From the NCBI GenBank assembly GCA_030704615.1, contig CM060731.1, positions 58,280,001-58,344,000 of the forward strand: 64,000 bases of DNA. Reading direction: 5' to 3'. The position numbers were made by a program, and so were the translations under genes. This stretch comes from Takakia lepidozioides (lineage: Eukaryota; Plantae; Bryophyta). This document shows positions 1-12,570 of this stretch, piece by piece. Numbering within the stretch: the stretch's first letter is position 1; each line of letters starts with the position of its first letter. The notes under the pieces are model-generated. The model had not been told where the DNA came from. It was given only the letters and a program-made list of their open reading frames with translations, and ran no database searches.

Positions 1-962
1 AGAGCAAACAAGTTCATGATGATATCATCCAAGCTGGGATTGCTCTCGACACCATTCTAGAGACTGCTTTTATCAACATGTATGTCAAATGTGCCAGTAT
101 GAAGGATGCACGTCAAGTGTTTGACAAGATGGCTAAACGAGATCTGGTCTCATGGAGTGTGATGATCGCAGGATATGGTCAGCATGGATGTGGTAGGGAG
201 TCTCTCGAACTTTTTGAACAAATGCAACAGGAAGGCTTGAATCCTGATGATATTACGTTTGTTTCTCTTCTCTCTGCATGCAGCCACATGGGCCTAGTGG
301 ATGAAGGCCACCACTACTTCAGTTCCATGGTTCGTGATCATCACATCAATCCTACACCAGAACTTTGTTGCTGCATGGTGGACCTTCTTGGCCGTGCAGG
401 GAAATTGGAGGAGGCAGAGGACTTCATTAATAAAATGCCTATTGACCCAGGTGCTTCGGTGTGGGGGGCCTTGCTTGGTGCCTGCAGAACTCATGGGAAT
501 GTGGAGATAGCAGAACGAGTTGCAAAATGTTTTTTCAAGTGATCCGATCCAAAAGGAGTCGGGGTGCACAGCCACCTTGAGGGCCGGCCAAGTGTCCCAC
601 ATTTATGGGAGATGAAAAATTGCTTCCCATTGACGAGGAAATCTCTCCTGAGTGGAGGTGATTGTTGGGGGCAGATCAAGGATGCTGGTTATGTGCCTGA
701 CACAGCTTTGTTTCTCATTATGAGGAGGAGCAAAAGGGAAATTCTCTTTGCGATCACTTGAAGAAACTGCCTGATGCTTATCAGCTCACTAGCACACCGA
801 CGGGTACAACTATCCATTTGATCAAAAACCCTCAGCATTCGGTGTCTGCCTTACCACCACTGACTAGTTCATATTGAACAATGTTGGGCGAGGAGCTGTC
901 GTGCGGATGCCAACCCTTCCACAACTCCAATATGGGGTTGCTTCTTGTGGGATTAATGGTGA
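1..962 (+). pseudogene. PLS-class PPR protein with E/DYW end, 3' part, disrupted
   Basis: PPR motifs (MYVKCASMKDARQVFDKM..DLVSWSVMIAGYGQHG; CMVDLLGRAGKLEEAEDFINKMP; VWGALLGACRTHGNVE). Frame breaks at 542, followed by frameshifted DYW remnants (KDAGYVPDT, CDH, GVASCG). The 5' part lies outside the window. Confidence 0.85.
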
Positions 963-1570
963 AGTGAACGGCAAGAAAGTGCTCCACGGTAACCATGAGG
1001 TCAAAAAATTTCTTATTCACAAGCAAGGGTTGAGCTGCAGTATGACACTGCAAACTAGACTGAGCCACCTGTGAAGATAATCACCATTGTGGTCATAAAA
1101 CAGCTGGAGAACTCAGATTGAGGAATGTTGTATATAAGGATGCACAACTTGGCTTGATGCATGCTCTAGAATCATCTGATTTGGTCAAGTAATGAAGGAG
1201 CTGTAAAGGTTTGAGCAGTAAACTGATTGTTATGTACATGTCACCCTTGACTATCGCACCTTTGAAAGCAGATTTCAGCATGGTTCTGACCAATAAGGGC
1301 ATGGCACAAGGAAGTAACAAATGTGCATATTCAGCTGAACCTGAGCGGCTATTTGGCCTTAATCCGACCTTTACAAGGTGCATCATAATAGGCATATGCC
1401 TCAGTGTGATCGTTATCTGGCTTAATCCTTGTCAGTAACAAAATAGTTCTGGCTTCGACAACACAGTTTTCGCCCAACTACAAATTATGGCATGACATAC
1501 AGTGGGTGGTCTGATCACCATCTTTCCCAATACACCGTCCTTCAAAATTTGTACCAGTGGCGGATACGTC

Positions 1571-1605
<35 letters not shown>

Positions 1606-1608
<3 letters not shown>

Positions 1609-1649
1609 GGCCACAAGGCTACGGCAAACAACGTCTTATGAGTACAATC
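1606..1649 (+). mobile_element. 3' tip of a non-LTR retroelement inserted in a (CT)n tract
   Basis: atggccacaaggctacggcaaacaacgtcttatgagtacaat flanked by CT repeats. The same sequence recurs at 3711-3742 and in part at 44445-44461. Confidence 0.65.
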
Positions 1650-1660
1650 TCTCTCTCTCT

Positions 1661-3232
1661 AGAGTGGAAGTCCCTCCAGACATCCTTTGTGCCATCTCTT
1701 CTATGTATGAGATTGTCACTGGCATGGTCAACGTCGCTGGTGAATTCTCAGCCGAGATCCACAGCAACATTGGAGTCAAACAGGGCTGCCCCCTTTCACC
1801 TACCCTGTTCGGGATCTACATTGACGCCTTGGAGAATTACATATCAAAAAACCATGGGGTTGGGGTCCCATTGGATGGGGGACCAACCCAATCAGATCTC
1901 CTCTATGCTGATGATGTTGCCCTTTTGGCACAATCCCCGGTCTTTCTGCAACGCCATCTCAAAATTTTGGAACAGTTCTGCAAAGACTATGGGATGCAGG
2001 TCAATCTTAGCAAGACCAAGATCATGGTCTTCAATGGCCAGGCTGATCGTAGATTCATCTTCAACCAGCAGGAAATTGAGATTGTGAAATCATACCGGTA
2101 CCTAGGTCTGGTTATCCACTCCCCCAAGTTTCACTTTGCAGCCACTGCCTTGGACAGGTTGACTAAAGGTAAGGCGGCCTCCGTCCGCCTTCAGGCCAAA
2201 TGCAAGCAAATACATCTGCGGCATCCCCCGACCAAAAAGTGGCTGTTTGACACCGTCGTCAGCCCTGCTACCATCTATGGTTGTGAGTTCTGGGCACCTG
2301 GTGTCCCTGTCTCCTGGTGGGAAAAGAATTTGGAACCATTACAGTCATCTTTTCTCCAAGCAATGCTTGGCGCCAGGAGCACAACTCCATCTCAGATCCT
2401 AGGTGCAGAGTTCGCATGTGTACCATTGCAATCCGAGGCCATCTTCAGGCTTACAATCTTTCTCCATAGATTGCAGGCCCTTCCACCCAAAGGGCTAGTG
2501 GCAAGGGCCCTCACAACATCTATGAGGCTCAAAGCTGCAGGTTTCAGGAACTCCTGGTATGCTCGAGTGGACAGTTTATTTCAACGTAACGTACTTTCTA
2601 CTGCTTTCCTATTACCAATGAACCCAGATGAGGTGGACATCACATCCAGACATGACCGCAACAGACTCATTCGGAGAGAGCTTATGGAATTACATGTCAA
2701 GAGAACTTGGATGCTACCCAATCTCACGACAAAGCTCCACTTCTATCGAGAGACATTCTTGGTGCTCCGCGATGATAGAATCTTGAGACCAAATTACCTT
2801 TCAGCACCCTTATCTCCTTCCCTCTTGAGGGCATTGGGGCGGTTCAGGGTGGGTTCCCACAACCTACAGATAGAGACTGGCAGATAGGAAAACCTGCAAC
2901 GGGAGGACCGCCTATGTCCAGCTTGCATAGGGCGCAGCAAGGAAATTGAAACTGAAGAACACTTGTTCTTCTACTGCCCTCTATACTACGAGATCCGTGG
3001 GAGATTTCACTGTTTATTCAGTGGAACCCAAACTCTCCCTGATGTCTTTCACTATGAGGATCAAAAATGCGTGGCAGCCTACCTACACGAGGCCTTCACC
3101 CTTAGACAATCGCTAGAACATTAATTGTGGTTTCTGGATTTGTTCCTCTCTCATGTTTTCTTCCATTTTGTCCCATAAGCTCTACGAGCTTTCCGCGGAC
3201 GTTATAAAGCACCATTTCATTTCATTTCATTT
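1661..3232 (+). mobile_element. 5'-truncated LINE (RTE-X/L2-like reverse transcriptase with C-terminal CCHC knuckle)
   Basis: GVKQGCPLSPTLF, LLYADDVAL, YRYLG, SHNLQIETGR; after one stop at 2885, RLCPAC..ETEEHLFFYCPLY. Ends in a (CATTT)n tail and is bracketed by CT repeats. Confidence 0.92.
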
Positions 3233-4164
3233 CTCTCTCTCTCTCTCTCTCTCACACACGCACATAATGGACTACCTACCCCAGGCACTAGACTAATTTT
3301 TTTTTCTCCTGTTGGGGAGTCTACCTGTGAACAATAAACACATGCAGAGAGGAAAGGGAAATTGTCAATGCCCAATGTGTGGGTGGCGGGAAGACAATAT
3401 CCATTTAAGATACACTGGCTGGGGTATTCTTATCAGAGAGCAGCTGTCTTCAGGACCATCAAGAACATAGTCCCTGCACCTTTGCCAAATTGCAATATTT
3501 CGATGCTGAGCTCAAAGCCATGGCCCTGTTAGCTGGGTCTAATTGCTGGGCAGCTCACACACGGCAGATTGATGCTTGGTGAAGGGCTTTCTATGGAAAG
3601 CCCCAAACTTTTTGTTTATAGCACTTGAGGTAAGTCCCACTATTGGAGTTGGCCCCTTGCAAAGGTAGTGTCTGTTCCCTCTTGCTCCACCCTAACTGGG
3701 CACGGGGTCTATGGCCACAAGGCTACGGAAACAACGTCTTATCACAAACCATACATTCTGGTGATGGGTTCCACTGCACAGCATCCAGTTCAAAAGTTTA
3801 AAAGCAACATGCCCGTCGGTAACTTCTAGAGTTTTGCAGAGGACAAGTTTATGCACTGAACTTAGTAATCAGACAGTGGGAGTTTAATAACATGCCGATA
3901 TGTGATCCACAAGATCATGGAGCTCATCTACACTTGAGGCATCGCTGGGAAGCATAGCAACTGTCAGAAAGACTGCTACAGATATTTTCTCACGAAGAGC
4001 TCCATAGCACCCAAATCGCCCAGGCTGTGGCTGACCAGCACCACCTGCATTCGTGGAAGTACTGTAAATGAGATGCAAACGAGACAATCAGTCTTTGCAG
4101 CAGAACTATGCTTAATTAGACTATGAAAAGCTGAAGGTCGGCCTCGCTGCAGACATGTTAGAAA

Positions 4165-4445
4165 GGCAGACAGAAAGTTGTTTACAAGCTCAATTGCGAA
4201 GATCTGCAACTGGGTCAAGGAAGGAGGAAATAAGACCCGCGACATCAGGTCCGAAGTATCTAACCTTGTAACTTCCGTTTTGAGGTTATTCGAATTCATG
4301 CTATCAGCTTCTGAAACATCAAGACTACACATCCAGATTTGAAGTGACACATGGACGTTCTCGCCTCATTCTAGACCAAAACAAAAAAGTCTGCCATCTG
4401 GAAAGCATGGGTATCGTAGCTGAGCCAAAGCTCCCAGTCATCCTA
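4165..4445 (+). pseudogene. Duplicated 5' stub (leader plus first codons) of the BAHD gene
   Basis: Parallels 4880-5135 (cagaaagttg..gaagatctgcaactgggtc..ggtccgaagtatctaacct..agctgagccaaagctcc). Encodes ESMGIVAEPKLPVIL versus [13 protein letters not shown]. Confidence 0.8.
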
Positions 4446-5098
4446 CCCCTGACTGAAGCATTTCTGGGTGCGCAGTCATACTTACAGTGGCTGTCATCGT
4501 ATGCTAGACTGATGAAACAACCGTGGCAGGGACTCGACTCAAGCATTTATGGGGTGCGCAGCCATACACATACACATGGTGACGGCCATTGGATGCCAGA
4601 CTGAAACAACCGTGGCGGACTTGCATGGTCATAAATAACAGAATTCTAAGTGAAACACGTGATAATCGCATATTTTTGTATGTTTATATAGGTAGATGAA
4701 GTATGGACCAGTACTGATATGGACAGATGTGGCGGCTTGCAAATTTACATAATCCTCATGTGGTGTAGAAGAGGTGCCGCGAAGCAAGAGTAGCAGTTCA
4801 TCATGGTTTCATGGGCGTCGTAGCTTGAATGCTTCTTGCCAAGAGACACAAGAAAGAACGCTATGATCGATTGAGGATAGGCACAGACAGAAAGTTGTAC
4901 AGGTATACTTAAGCTCAAGTCCGAAGATCTGCAACTGGGTCGAGGAAGGAGGTTCCAAGGAAGACCCGGACTTTAGGTCCGAAGTATCTAACCTCACGAG
5001 TAACTTCCTGTTTGAGGACAGCTTACACATCCAGATTTTGAAGAGACCCATTGATGTTCTCGCCTACATTCTGGACGGAAAAGAAACTGCCAGAAAGC

Positions 5099-6693
5099 AT
5101 GGCAGCTGAGCCAAAGCTCCAAGTGATCTTGAAAGACCCAACTGTGGTTGTTCCAGATGTTCCTACCAGAAATCATGTGATGTATCTTGCCAACCTGGAT
5201 CAGCCCTTGCTTTTACACTTTATTTTCTTGTATCATGCCAATCCAACCAAAAACCATGACAATGTAGTAAACGTGATAGAAGAGGCGCTTTCCAAGGTAC
5301 TTGTCCCGTATTACCCTCTAGCAGGAAGGCTTCAGATCAGTTTGGAGGGGGACCTCGAAGTCAACTGTAATGGCAAAGGGGTCGTGTTTGTGGAAGCTGA
5401 GGCAGATGCCGCCATATCTGAGTTGGCAACATTTACCGGCAAGCCCGATCCGAGATTGATGCAACTGATCTACTTAGCTCCAGAGGCAATGAATCAGGAG
5501 CCTGATTTGCATCAGATACTTGTGACCCCTGCGCTGGTTATTCAGGTAAATCATAACTGAAGTGAACATTTCAATGTTTTGTGGTTGCCATGTATGCCTC
5601 AAATGCTTGCAGCACCCTTGATGAGGTCCAAGCACTCAGTAAAAAGACGACGACCCAACTAGTTTTTTAGCTTCGATATGAGCAGATGTCACAATATTGT
5701 ATGTCGGACATGCTCAATACTGCAACATGTCTGAGTCCTCAATTTGAATCAGAAGTTACAGCTACTTAAGTTTTTGAATCCCCCCGTATGTGCTAGCAGG
5801 TGACAAGGTTCAGGTGTGGTGGGTTCGCATTCGGCGTAATCCTTAACCATGCGTTTCTGGACGGCGTCGGAGTCATGCAGTTCCTAGAAGCTTGGGCTGC
5901 TGTAGCGCGTGGTGACGGTATCTCTTTGAGTCCTCCATTCTTGGACCGTACAATCTTTCGCCCACGATCTCCACTTCAGATTGACTTCCCACACCCTGAA
6001 TGGGACGAGATGGGTCTGTCAGAAGATCTCTCGGGTGATGATTTTGTGTACAATTCTTTCAATTTCACCCGTGAAACCCTCACAGAGTTAAGACAACAAG
6101 TATTGGAAAAGCCTGGGGGTTATGTGAGCAAGTGCTCCACTTTTGAGACGCTCGCAGCCCTTGTTTGGCGCGCACGGACGAAAGCACTTGGAATGGAGCC
6201 ATCCCAGAAAACCAAACTCCTCGTGGGAGTTGATGTGCGTGCAAAGTTTGTGCCGCCCGTTCCGTCCGACTATGTTGGTAACGCAATTTATCTCGCTTGC
6301 GCTGTGACCACAGCTGATGAGCTCCTATCCAAGCCTCTGTCTTATGCAGTGGGGCTTCTACAAGCAGGGATTGCGTTGATCACAGACAAATACTTGAGAT
6401 CCGGAATTGATTACATTCAGAACGTAAAGAAGGATCTGCCCACTTCGGGCAATTTCTCCTTTGGTATTACCGACTGGACCCGATTGGTGTTAGACTATGA
6501 GATTGACTTTGGGTGGGGAAAGCCTTTTTACTGTGGACCTGTCACTCGAGGGCAGCGCCAGATAGTTTACTTCACATTGCCAAATGGAAGTGAAGGGGAA
6601 AGGAAGAATATGAACGTGCTGGTCGGACTGCCTCCGAGAGCCATGGAGAAGTTTAAAGAGGCAATACGAATTGGAGTTACATCACGTCTTTAG
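5099..6693 (+). CDS. BAHD acyltransferase, ASFT/HHT1 (feruloyl transferase)-like; exons 5099-5545 and 5800-6693, ~446 aa
   Basis: YYPLAGRL, catalytic HAFLD (HxxxD) and DFGWG motifs. GT-AG intron at the conserved BAHD Q|V position; frame open. An alternative in-frame ATG lies at 5054. Confidence 0.93.
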
Positions 6694-7439
6694 TTACTAA
6701 TCACTAACGACTGGAGTATGTAGTCCATATCGAAGAATAAAGGTTGCCAACTCGACTGCGCGACGATGTATAGCAATCTCTAGAGCTGGACAATTGTTCA
6801 CAGTGGACTCTTGGCCCGCCCTGCGTTTGGAGATTGAACTGCCGATGAAGCCCTAGACCGCCCACTATTGAGTACATATATAGGCGTGCATCTCATTGCT
6901 GGGATATGTAGAGAGCAAGGTCTTGTACATGCGGTAGCACGCACAAACATATAGTCTAATCGTGATAATCTCGAGCATGTAGAATGGTGAGAGCACCGTT
7001 TCGTGTACTGTGTGCTTTGTGTACTTCATTGTACTCTCTACCTTGACTCTGTGTTGGCTGTCATTGCTCTGCGAACTACCATAGCGTTGTTTTCCTTAAA
7101 TATGCATTCGAATCGGATGGGTGTGTGCAGAGAACCAGAGAACCGTTGTTGTACATACAATCTCAGATGTACTTACATATCTTATCAATTCTAGTATCAC
7201 AAGGAGGTTTGCAATTAGCCGGCGAGTTTGCATTTTTGTGGTGGATGCAGCTGTACTTACATGCACCGTCCCGTTTACTTATACGGCTTCTAAGAAGTGT
7301 CGAATGTCGAATGCACGTATTGTTTGTGTACTGCACCTCCAGTGCTGTAATGCACACGGCAATTTCTGCATTCCTATCATTCCTGCCTTCACAAGAGCCT
7401 TGTCTTTGCTCACACACTTGTACAGTTTAATGGCCTAGA

Positions 7440-10400
7440 TAGCAATGACATTGCGCTAAAAAAACTGCACACTCGAGCATACCAGGAGTGCTTGAAACCT
7501 GCTGTTTTGAGCCTAATAGATCTATGTTGCGAGGGCTCTTGCCACGAGCCCCTTGGGTGGAAGGGCTTGTGATAAGAAAAAATTTGCAAGCTTGGAGAAA
7601 AGATGACTGCAATTTTTTCCAGAATTTTTTCCCACTAGGAGACTGGGACACCATGTGCCCAGAACTCAACCATAAGTGGCGGCCGCGGTGACAACGCTGT
7701 CAAATAGCCACTTTTTGGTTGGGGGTTGGCGCAGATCATGTATCTGTTTGCATTTGGCCTGAAGGCGGATGGAGGCCGCCTTGCCCTTCGTCAATATGTC
7801 CAGGGCAGTTGATGCAAACTGGAATTTTGCCCAGGGAGTGGATAAGCAGACCCAGAGGTCAAGATGATCGGCTTCTCCCCCGAGCTCAGAGTTTACGCAG
7901 TGCAAGAGGTTCACCTCTTGAGATCTCAAACACACCTGTTTAGATCTATCTGTTCAAATCTAGAACCAAGAGTCTTCACTGTTCAGACCTCCTAGATGCT
8001 ACTAACTAATAGTAACACCTAATCTGAGTATAGACTAACTACTTCTTCTACACTCTACGCTGATGATGTTGCCCTTTTGGCACAATCTCCCGTCTTCCAG
8101 CAACGCCATCTCCACATCCTGGAACAGTCCTCAAAGACTATGGGCTACAAGTCAATCGTAGCGAAACCAAGATCATGGTTTTCAATATTGGCCAGGCCGA
8201 CCGCAGATTCATCTTCAACCAACAGGAAATAGAGATTTGGGAGGAGAGCTCCACTGTCTAATAAAAATTCTCTTTGTTATTTATTATATGGTATCAGAGC
8301 CAGCTTAGATCTGAAGCAGAGAGAGAGATGGTCTTAGGACCAGATGAGTGGAGAGAGAATCCATCTATGTAATTAGTGAGAGTAGGCTCTCTTGACGTCA
8401 TCACCTCCTTCCATGGATCTAACTTTACCACGTTAGATGCTAGAGTGGAGGATAGATTTGATGGGACTAATTATCATACTTGGAAATTTAGAATGGAGAT
8501 GATCCTCCTAGACAAGGACTTGTGGTCAGTAGTTGATGGTACTTTAGTGAGGCCAACCACAACCAATGGTAACTAGTGCTTCCACTGCAATGGCGATCTG
8601 GGACAAGTTGGCCACAATATTTGAGACTAAAGATGTCACGTCAAATGTGTTTGCCACTACTCGTTTTTATAGTCTAAAAATGAGTGAAATAGAGAGTGTA
8701 GAGTTACACTTGAGTTCCTTCAATGTCTTGAGAAGACAACTAGAAGCAGTAGGAACTAAGGTTTCAGATGAGCATGCAGCAGTAGTGTTGCTTGGGTCAT
8801 TACCAGAGTCTTATGACGGGTTTGTAGTGTCACTAACAGGGCAAAACAACCTATCGGTGGATAATGTCATAGGGCTATTACTTAAAGAGGAAATAAGAAG
8901 AAAATGCTTTTACTGTAAGCAACCTGGTCATATGATCAAGAACTGCAGAAAACGAATGGCGGAGGAAAAGCAAAATGGTGATAGTACTTCACAAGCAACT
9001 CTAGCTACTAGAAAAATGGCTAGGAAAGACGGTGATGTGTTATTTGTAGTCTCCGTTTCAGCTTCTTCTGGTCAAAGTGACATATGGTATGTAGACTCTG
9101 GGGCATCACAGCATATGACCCTAGACAGAGATAATTTTCTAACATACAAAACGATTTCTCCTACTCAATATGTGTTATTAGGTAACGACTGTACATCCTA
9201 TTAGTGGAGAGGGCACTGTGTCAGTTATGATAGACCAGGGTGAGATGAGAGAGAGAGAAGATGTCTTGCATGTTCCATCCCTAACTAAAAACCTCCTTTC
9301 TGTGAGAAAGATTGTCATAGCTGGTTATAAGGTAGGGCCGCACACGTCTGAGTGCACAACCTCCAACAGACTATTTGCACGTTGACCTCCATCTTTTGGG
9401 AATTTTTGTCGGTGTTGTTTACCTTCTATACAACCCTTACATAGACTGGTCTGTTCTACTTCCTTTAATGAGAGCCCTTCCATTAGGTGTAGGTCTTTCA
9501 ACTGTTTCAGTTTCTCAGTGCTAAGATGTCCTAGCCTTCTATGTCATAGTTCTGTTTTTTACATAGTCCTCTTGGATTGTGTAGCAAGAGCTCTCTTAAC
9601 TGTACAAAATATCTGTAACTTGTATAGATCATTTTCCAGTATGGCACTTGCCACCACATTCTCTTGCTCATCGGAAATGAGACATTGACTATTGTGGAAT
9701 AACAAGAGCAGTCTCGGGAATGACTCCAGAAGAAGTGTGGACAGGTGTGAAGCCAAGTGTATCGCACTGTAAGGTGTTTGGGTGTCGAGCCTATGCTCAT
9801 ATCCCAAAAGAGAAGAGACAGAATCTGGATTCAAAAAGTGAAGCCTACATTTTCGTAGGCTACACTGAAGGAGTTAAGGGATATAAACTGCTTAAGGAGA
9901 AAACAAAGACTGTCTTTCATAGTAGGGATGTTGTCTTTGATGAAGCAAGTACAGCTTTTCCAAAAGTGGGAGAAGAACCCAGTCAACAAACAAGTTTCCA
10001 ATCTACTGACAAGACACCTAATGAGATTTCAATAGAATCTGAAGAAGAATGTGAAAATCTCCCTGTGGTTGAAGATGAAGTAGATCATACTCTTGAAGAT
10101 GAAGAGGAGGATGAAGCTAGTGAGGAACAAGTAAGTCCACTTCTGTGAAGGTCACGAAGAGAGAGAAAAGTTCCTGAGAGGCTTATCACGTCGATGACAG
10201 CTGTTGAAGCCGTGAGAGGAGAAATCCCATTGACAGAACCTGCTACCTACGAAGAAGCAATGACAGCCCCTGATAAGGTTAAGTGGGAGCAGGCAATAAA
10301 CTCTGAATTCAATTCGCTAATACAGAATCAAACATAGTCACTTACTGACCTACCCCTAGGACGTAAAGTTGTTGGGTGCAAATGGATCCTTAAGATCAAG

Positions 10401-12150
10401 CTCAAGTCCGACGGGAGTGTTGACAGGTATAAAGCGCGGTTGGTTGCTAAGGGTTTCTCACAGGTACAAGGTGTTGACTACAACGACACTTTTTCACCTG
10501 TTGTAAAAATCACTTCAATAAGAGTATTAATGGCATTGGCAGCCGAGAATGATTTTGATGTCCATCAAATGGATGTCAAAACAGTGTTTCTCAATGGCTA
10601 CCTACAAGAGACCATTTATATGGATCAGCCTCAAGGTTTTATCAAACCACAGACCAGAGACAAAGTCTGTAAGTTACATAAGACGCTCTACGGGCTCAAA
10701 CAGTCTCCGAGAGCATGGTACGAAAGGATCGATACTTTTCTTCTAACATCTGGATTTAAGAAGAATGTTGCAGATACAAACGTCTACATCCTTACACAAG
10801 GAAGTCGATTGGTTATATTGGCCTTGTATGTGGATGACGCTATGCTGGTCAGCAATGACGGTCAAGGATTACTAGTGCAGTTCAAAGATAAACTGTCCAA
10901 GGAGTTTTCCATGACTGATATGGGTTCAATTCAATTTTGTCTTGGCATACAAATCAGTAGAGATAGAGTAAATCGTACTGTTTCATGCATCAAGCTAAGT
11001 ACATTGAAACTAAATTACTGCAATTTAAGTTAGAGATGAGTAAAGCAGTCTCAACTCCACTAGAAGCAGGCCTAAAGCTCACAAAAGAGATGTATCCTCA
11101 AACTCATGAAGACACAAAAGATATGACAAAGGTTCCATATCAAAGTGTCGTGGATAGCTTAATGTATTGCATGACTTGCACTAGACCTGATATTGCATAC
11201 TCAGTGGGAGTCGTCTCACAGTTTCTTTCGAATCCTAGTGAGACCCATTGGAGAGCAGTCAAGAGGATTTTTAGATACCTCAGAGGAACATCAACGATGG
11301 GATTACTCTACAAAGGAAAGGGAAGAACAAGTCTGGAAGGCTGTACAGATGTTGATTGGGCAGGGGATTTCGACAGCAGGAGATCGACATCGGGACATTG
11401 TTTCACTCTTGCAGGTGGAGCTGTGTCGTGGTCAAGCAAGAGACAGACTGCAACAACGCTTTCATCAATGGAAGCGGAATACATGGCAGCCACTCAAGCG
11501 GCCAAAGAGGCTGTGTGGTTAAGAAAGTTACTAGGAGACTTGGGTCATAAGCAATCAGGAGCAACAACTATGTATTGTGATAATCAGAGTGCAATAGCAC
11601 TAAGTCAAAACCCTAAGTATCATTCTAGGACTAAGCACATAGAAGTGCAACATCATTACATAAGAGAGATAGTGGCCAAAGAAGAAGTAAACATAGTTTA
11701 CTGTGCTATAGACGACATGGTTGCAGATATCATGACGAAGAGTTTACCAAAGCTCAAGCATTCGAAGTGTACTACTGAGCTTGGCCTTAGCTCGAGTCTA
11801 CAGTAGTTCAAGAACATACACAGAGGCTTTACAAACTGATTAAGACCTAACTAAGTGGGAGTGTAGAAGAAGTAGTTAGTCTATACTCAGATTAGGTGTT
11901 ATTATTAGTTAGTAGCATCTATGAGGTCTGAACAGTTAAGACTCTTGGTTCTAGATTTGAACAGATAGATCTAAACATGTGTGTTTGAGATCTCAAGAGG
12001 TGAACCTCTTGCACTGTGTAAACTCTGAGCTCGGGGGAGAAGCCGATCATCTTGTTCTTGATCATAAGGCTTTTATGGTTGGGAGGAGAGCTCCACTGTC
12101 TAATAAAAATTCTCTTTGTTATTTACTATATAGAGGAGATCTGATTGCCC
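7440..12150 (-). mobile_element. Fragmented LINE (same type as 1661-3232) interrupted by the Copia and partly inverted
   Basis: 7666-7859 minus encodes KGKAASIRLQAKCKQI..PPTKKWLFD. 8053-8237 (now on +) encodes YADDVALLAQSP. 12131-12148 is the reverse complement of caatcagatctcctcta, the sequence just before YADD. Confidence 0.85.
7860..12130 (+). mobile_element. Ty1/Copia LTR retrotransposon, decayed and rearranged; ~269-bp LTRs; TSD TAGAG
   Basis: PBS tggtatcagagc at 8290; gag with CFYCKQPGHMIKNC; protease WYVDSGAS; RT QMDVKT..LYGLKQSPRAW..LYVDD; RNase H CDNQSA..SRTKHI. PPT aagtgggag precedes the 3' LTR (11862-12130). The 5' LTR is split into 8238-8289 (+) and 7860-8052 (-). Confidence 0.95.
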
Positions 12151-12254
12151 ATCCAAAGGCAACCCAACTCCATGAAGAGAGAGATGCTCGTTTTAGGTAC
12201 CACACAAACAAACAGGCGGGTAGAGCAAGTTAAACTAGCATTGGGTTCAAAAGT

Positions 12255-12570
12255 TCAAAATTTAGAAGACTCAAGATTCTTCGCGATCATGGTCCGATAG
12301 TGTACGAGGTTCGCTCCAGGAGCTGTATATATATTCGTAGCTGTGTTGTCATCGCCGATACTTTTGCCGCTCGCTCACCTCGACATCATCTTTTGTTCTG
12401 GTTTGACAACGTGGACGGAGGTGACGATGTTCTCGATAAAAGCGCTTGTCAGACTTTGCAAGACTATCGGCGCGGGAGACGCAGCTACGAATATACAGCT
12501 CTCGAACCGATCGATAGTACGGTTGGACTCTTTTCCAGATCTGTGCAAAAAATCTTCTAAATTTCGAGAG
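12255..12570. repeat. Degenerate fold-back (MITE-like) element upstream of MES
   Basis: Nested inverted pairs: aaatttagaaga / tcttctaaattt, and gagctgtata..tattcgtagctg / cagctacgaatatacagctc. Confidence 0.55.

Larger units (their letters stand above)
1500..4150 (-). pseudogene. Inverted, truncated paralogue of the MES methylesterase gene (end of intron 1, exon 2, exon 3 remnant, intron 3, start of exon 4)
   Basis: Reverse complement matches the + strand MES gene. 3900-4055 encodes VVLVSHSLG/REKISVAVFLTVAMLPSD..VDELHDL (cf. 31333-31479); 3760-3795 matches 31612-31645; 3320-3390 matches 31955-32030; 1500-1575 (DGVLGKMVIRP) matches 32113-32195. Confidence 0.88.

Noticed and set aside
1093-1440. 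Possible minus-strand PPR remnant (VKVGLRPN)
   Set aside because: Too degenerate to support a call.
1502-2887. 461-aa ORF as a real gene
   Set aside because: Chance read-through of antisense MES sequence, a CT repeat and a 5'-truncated LINE.
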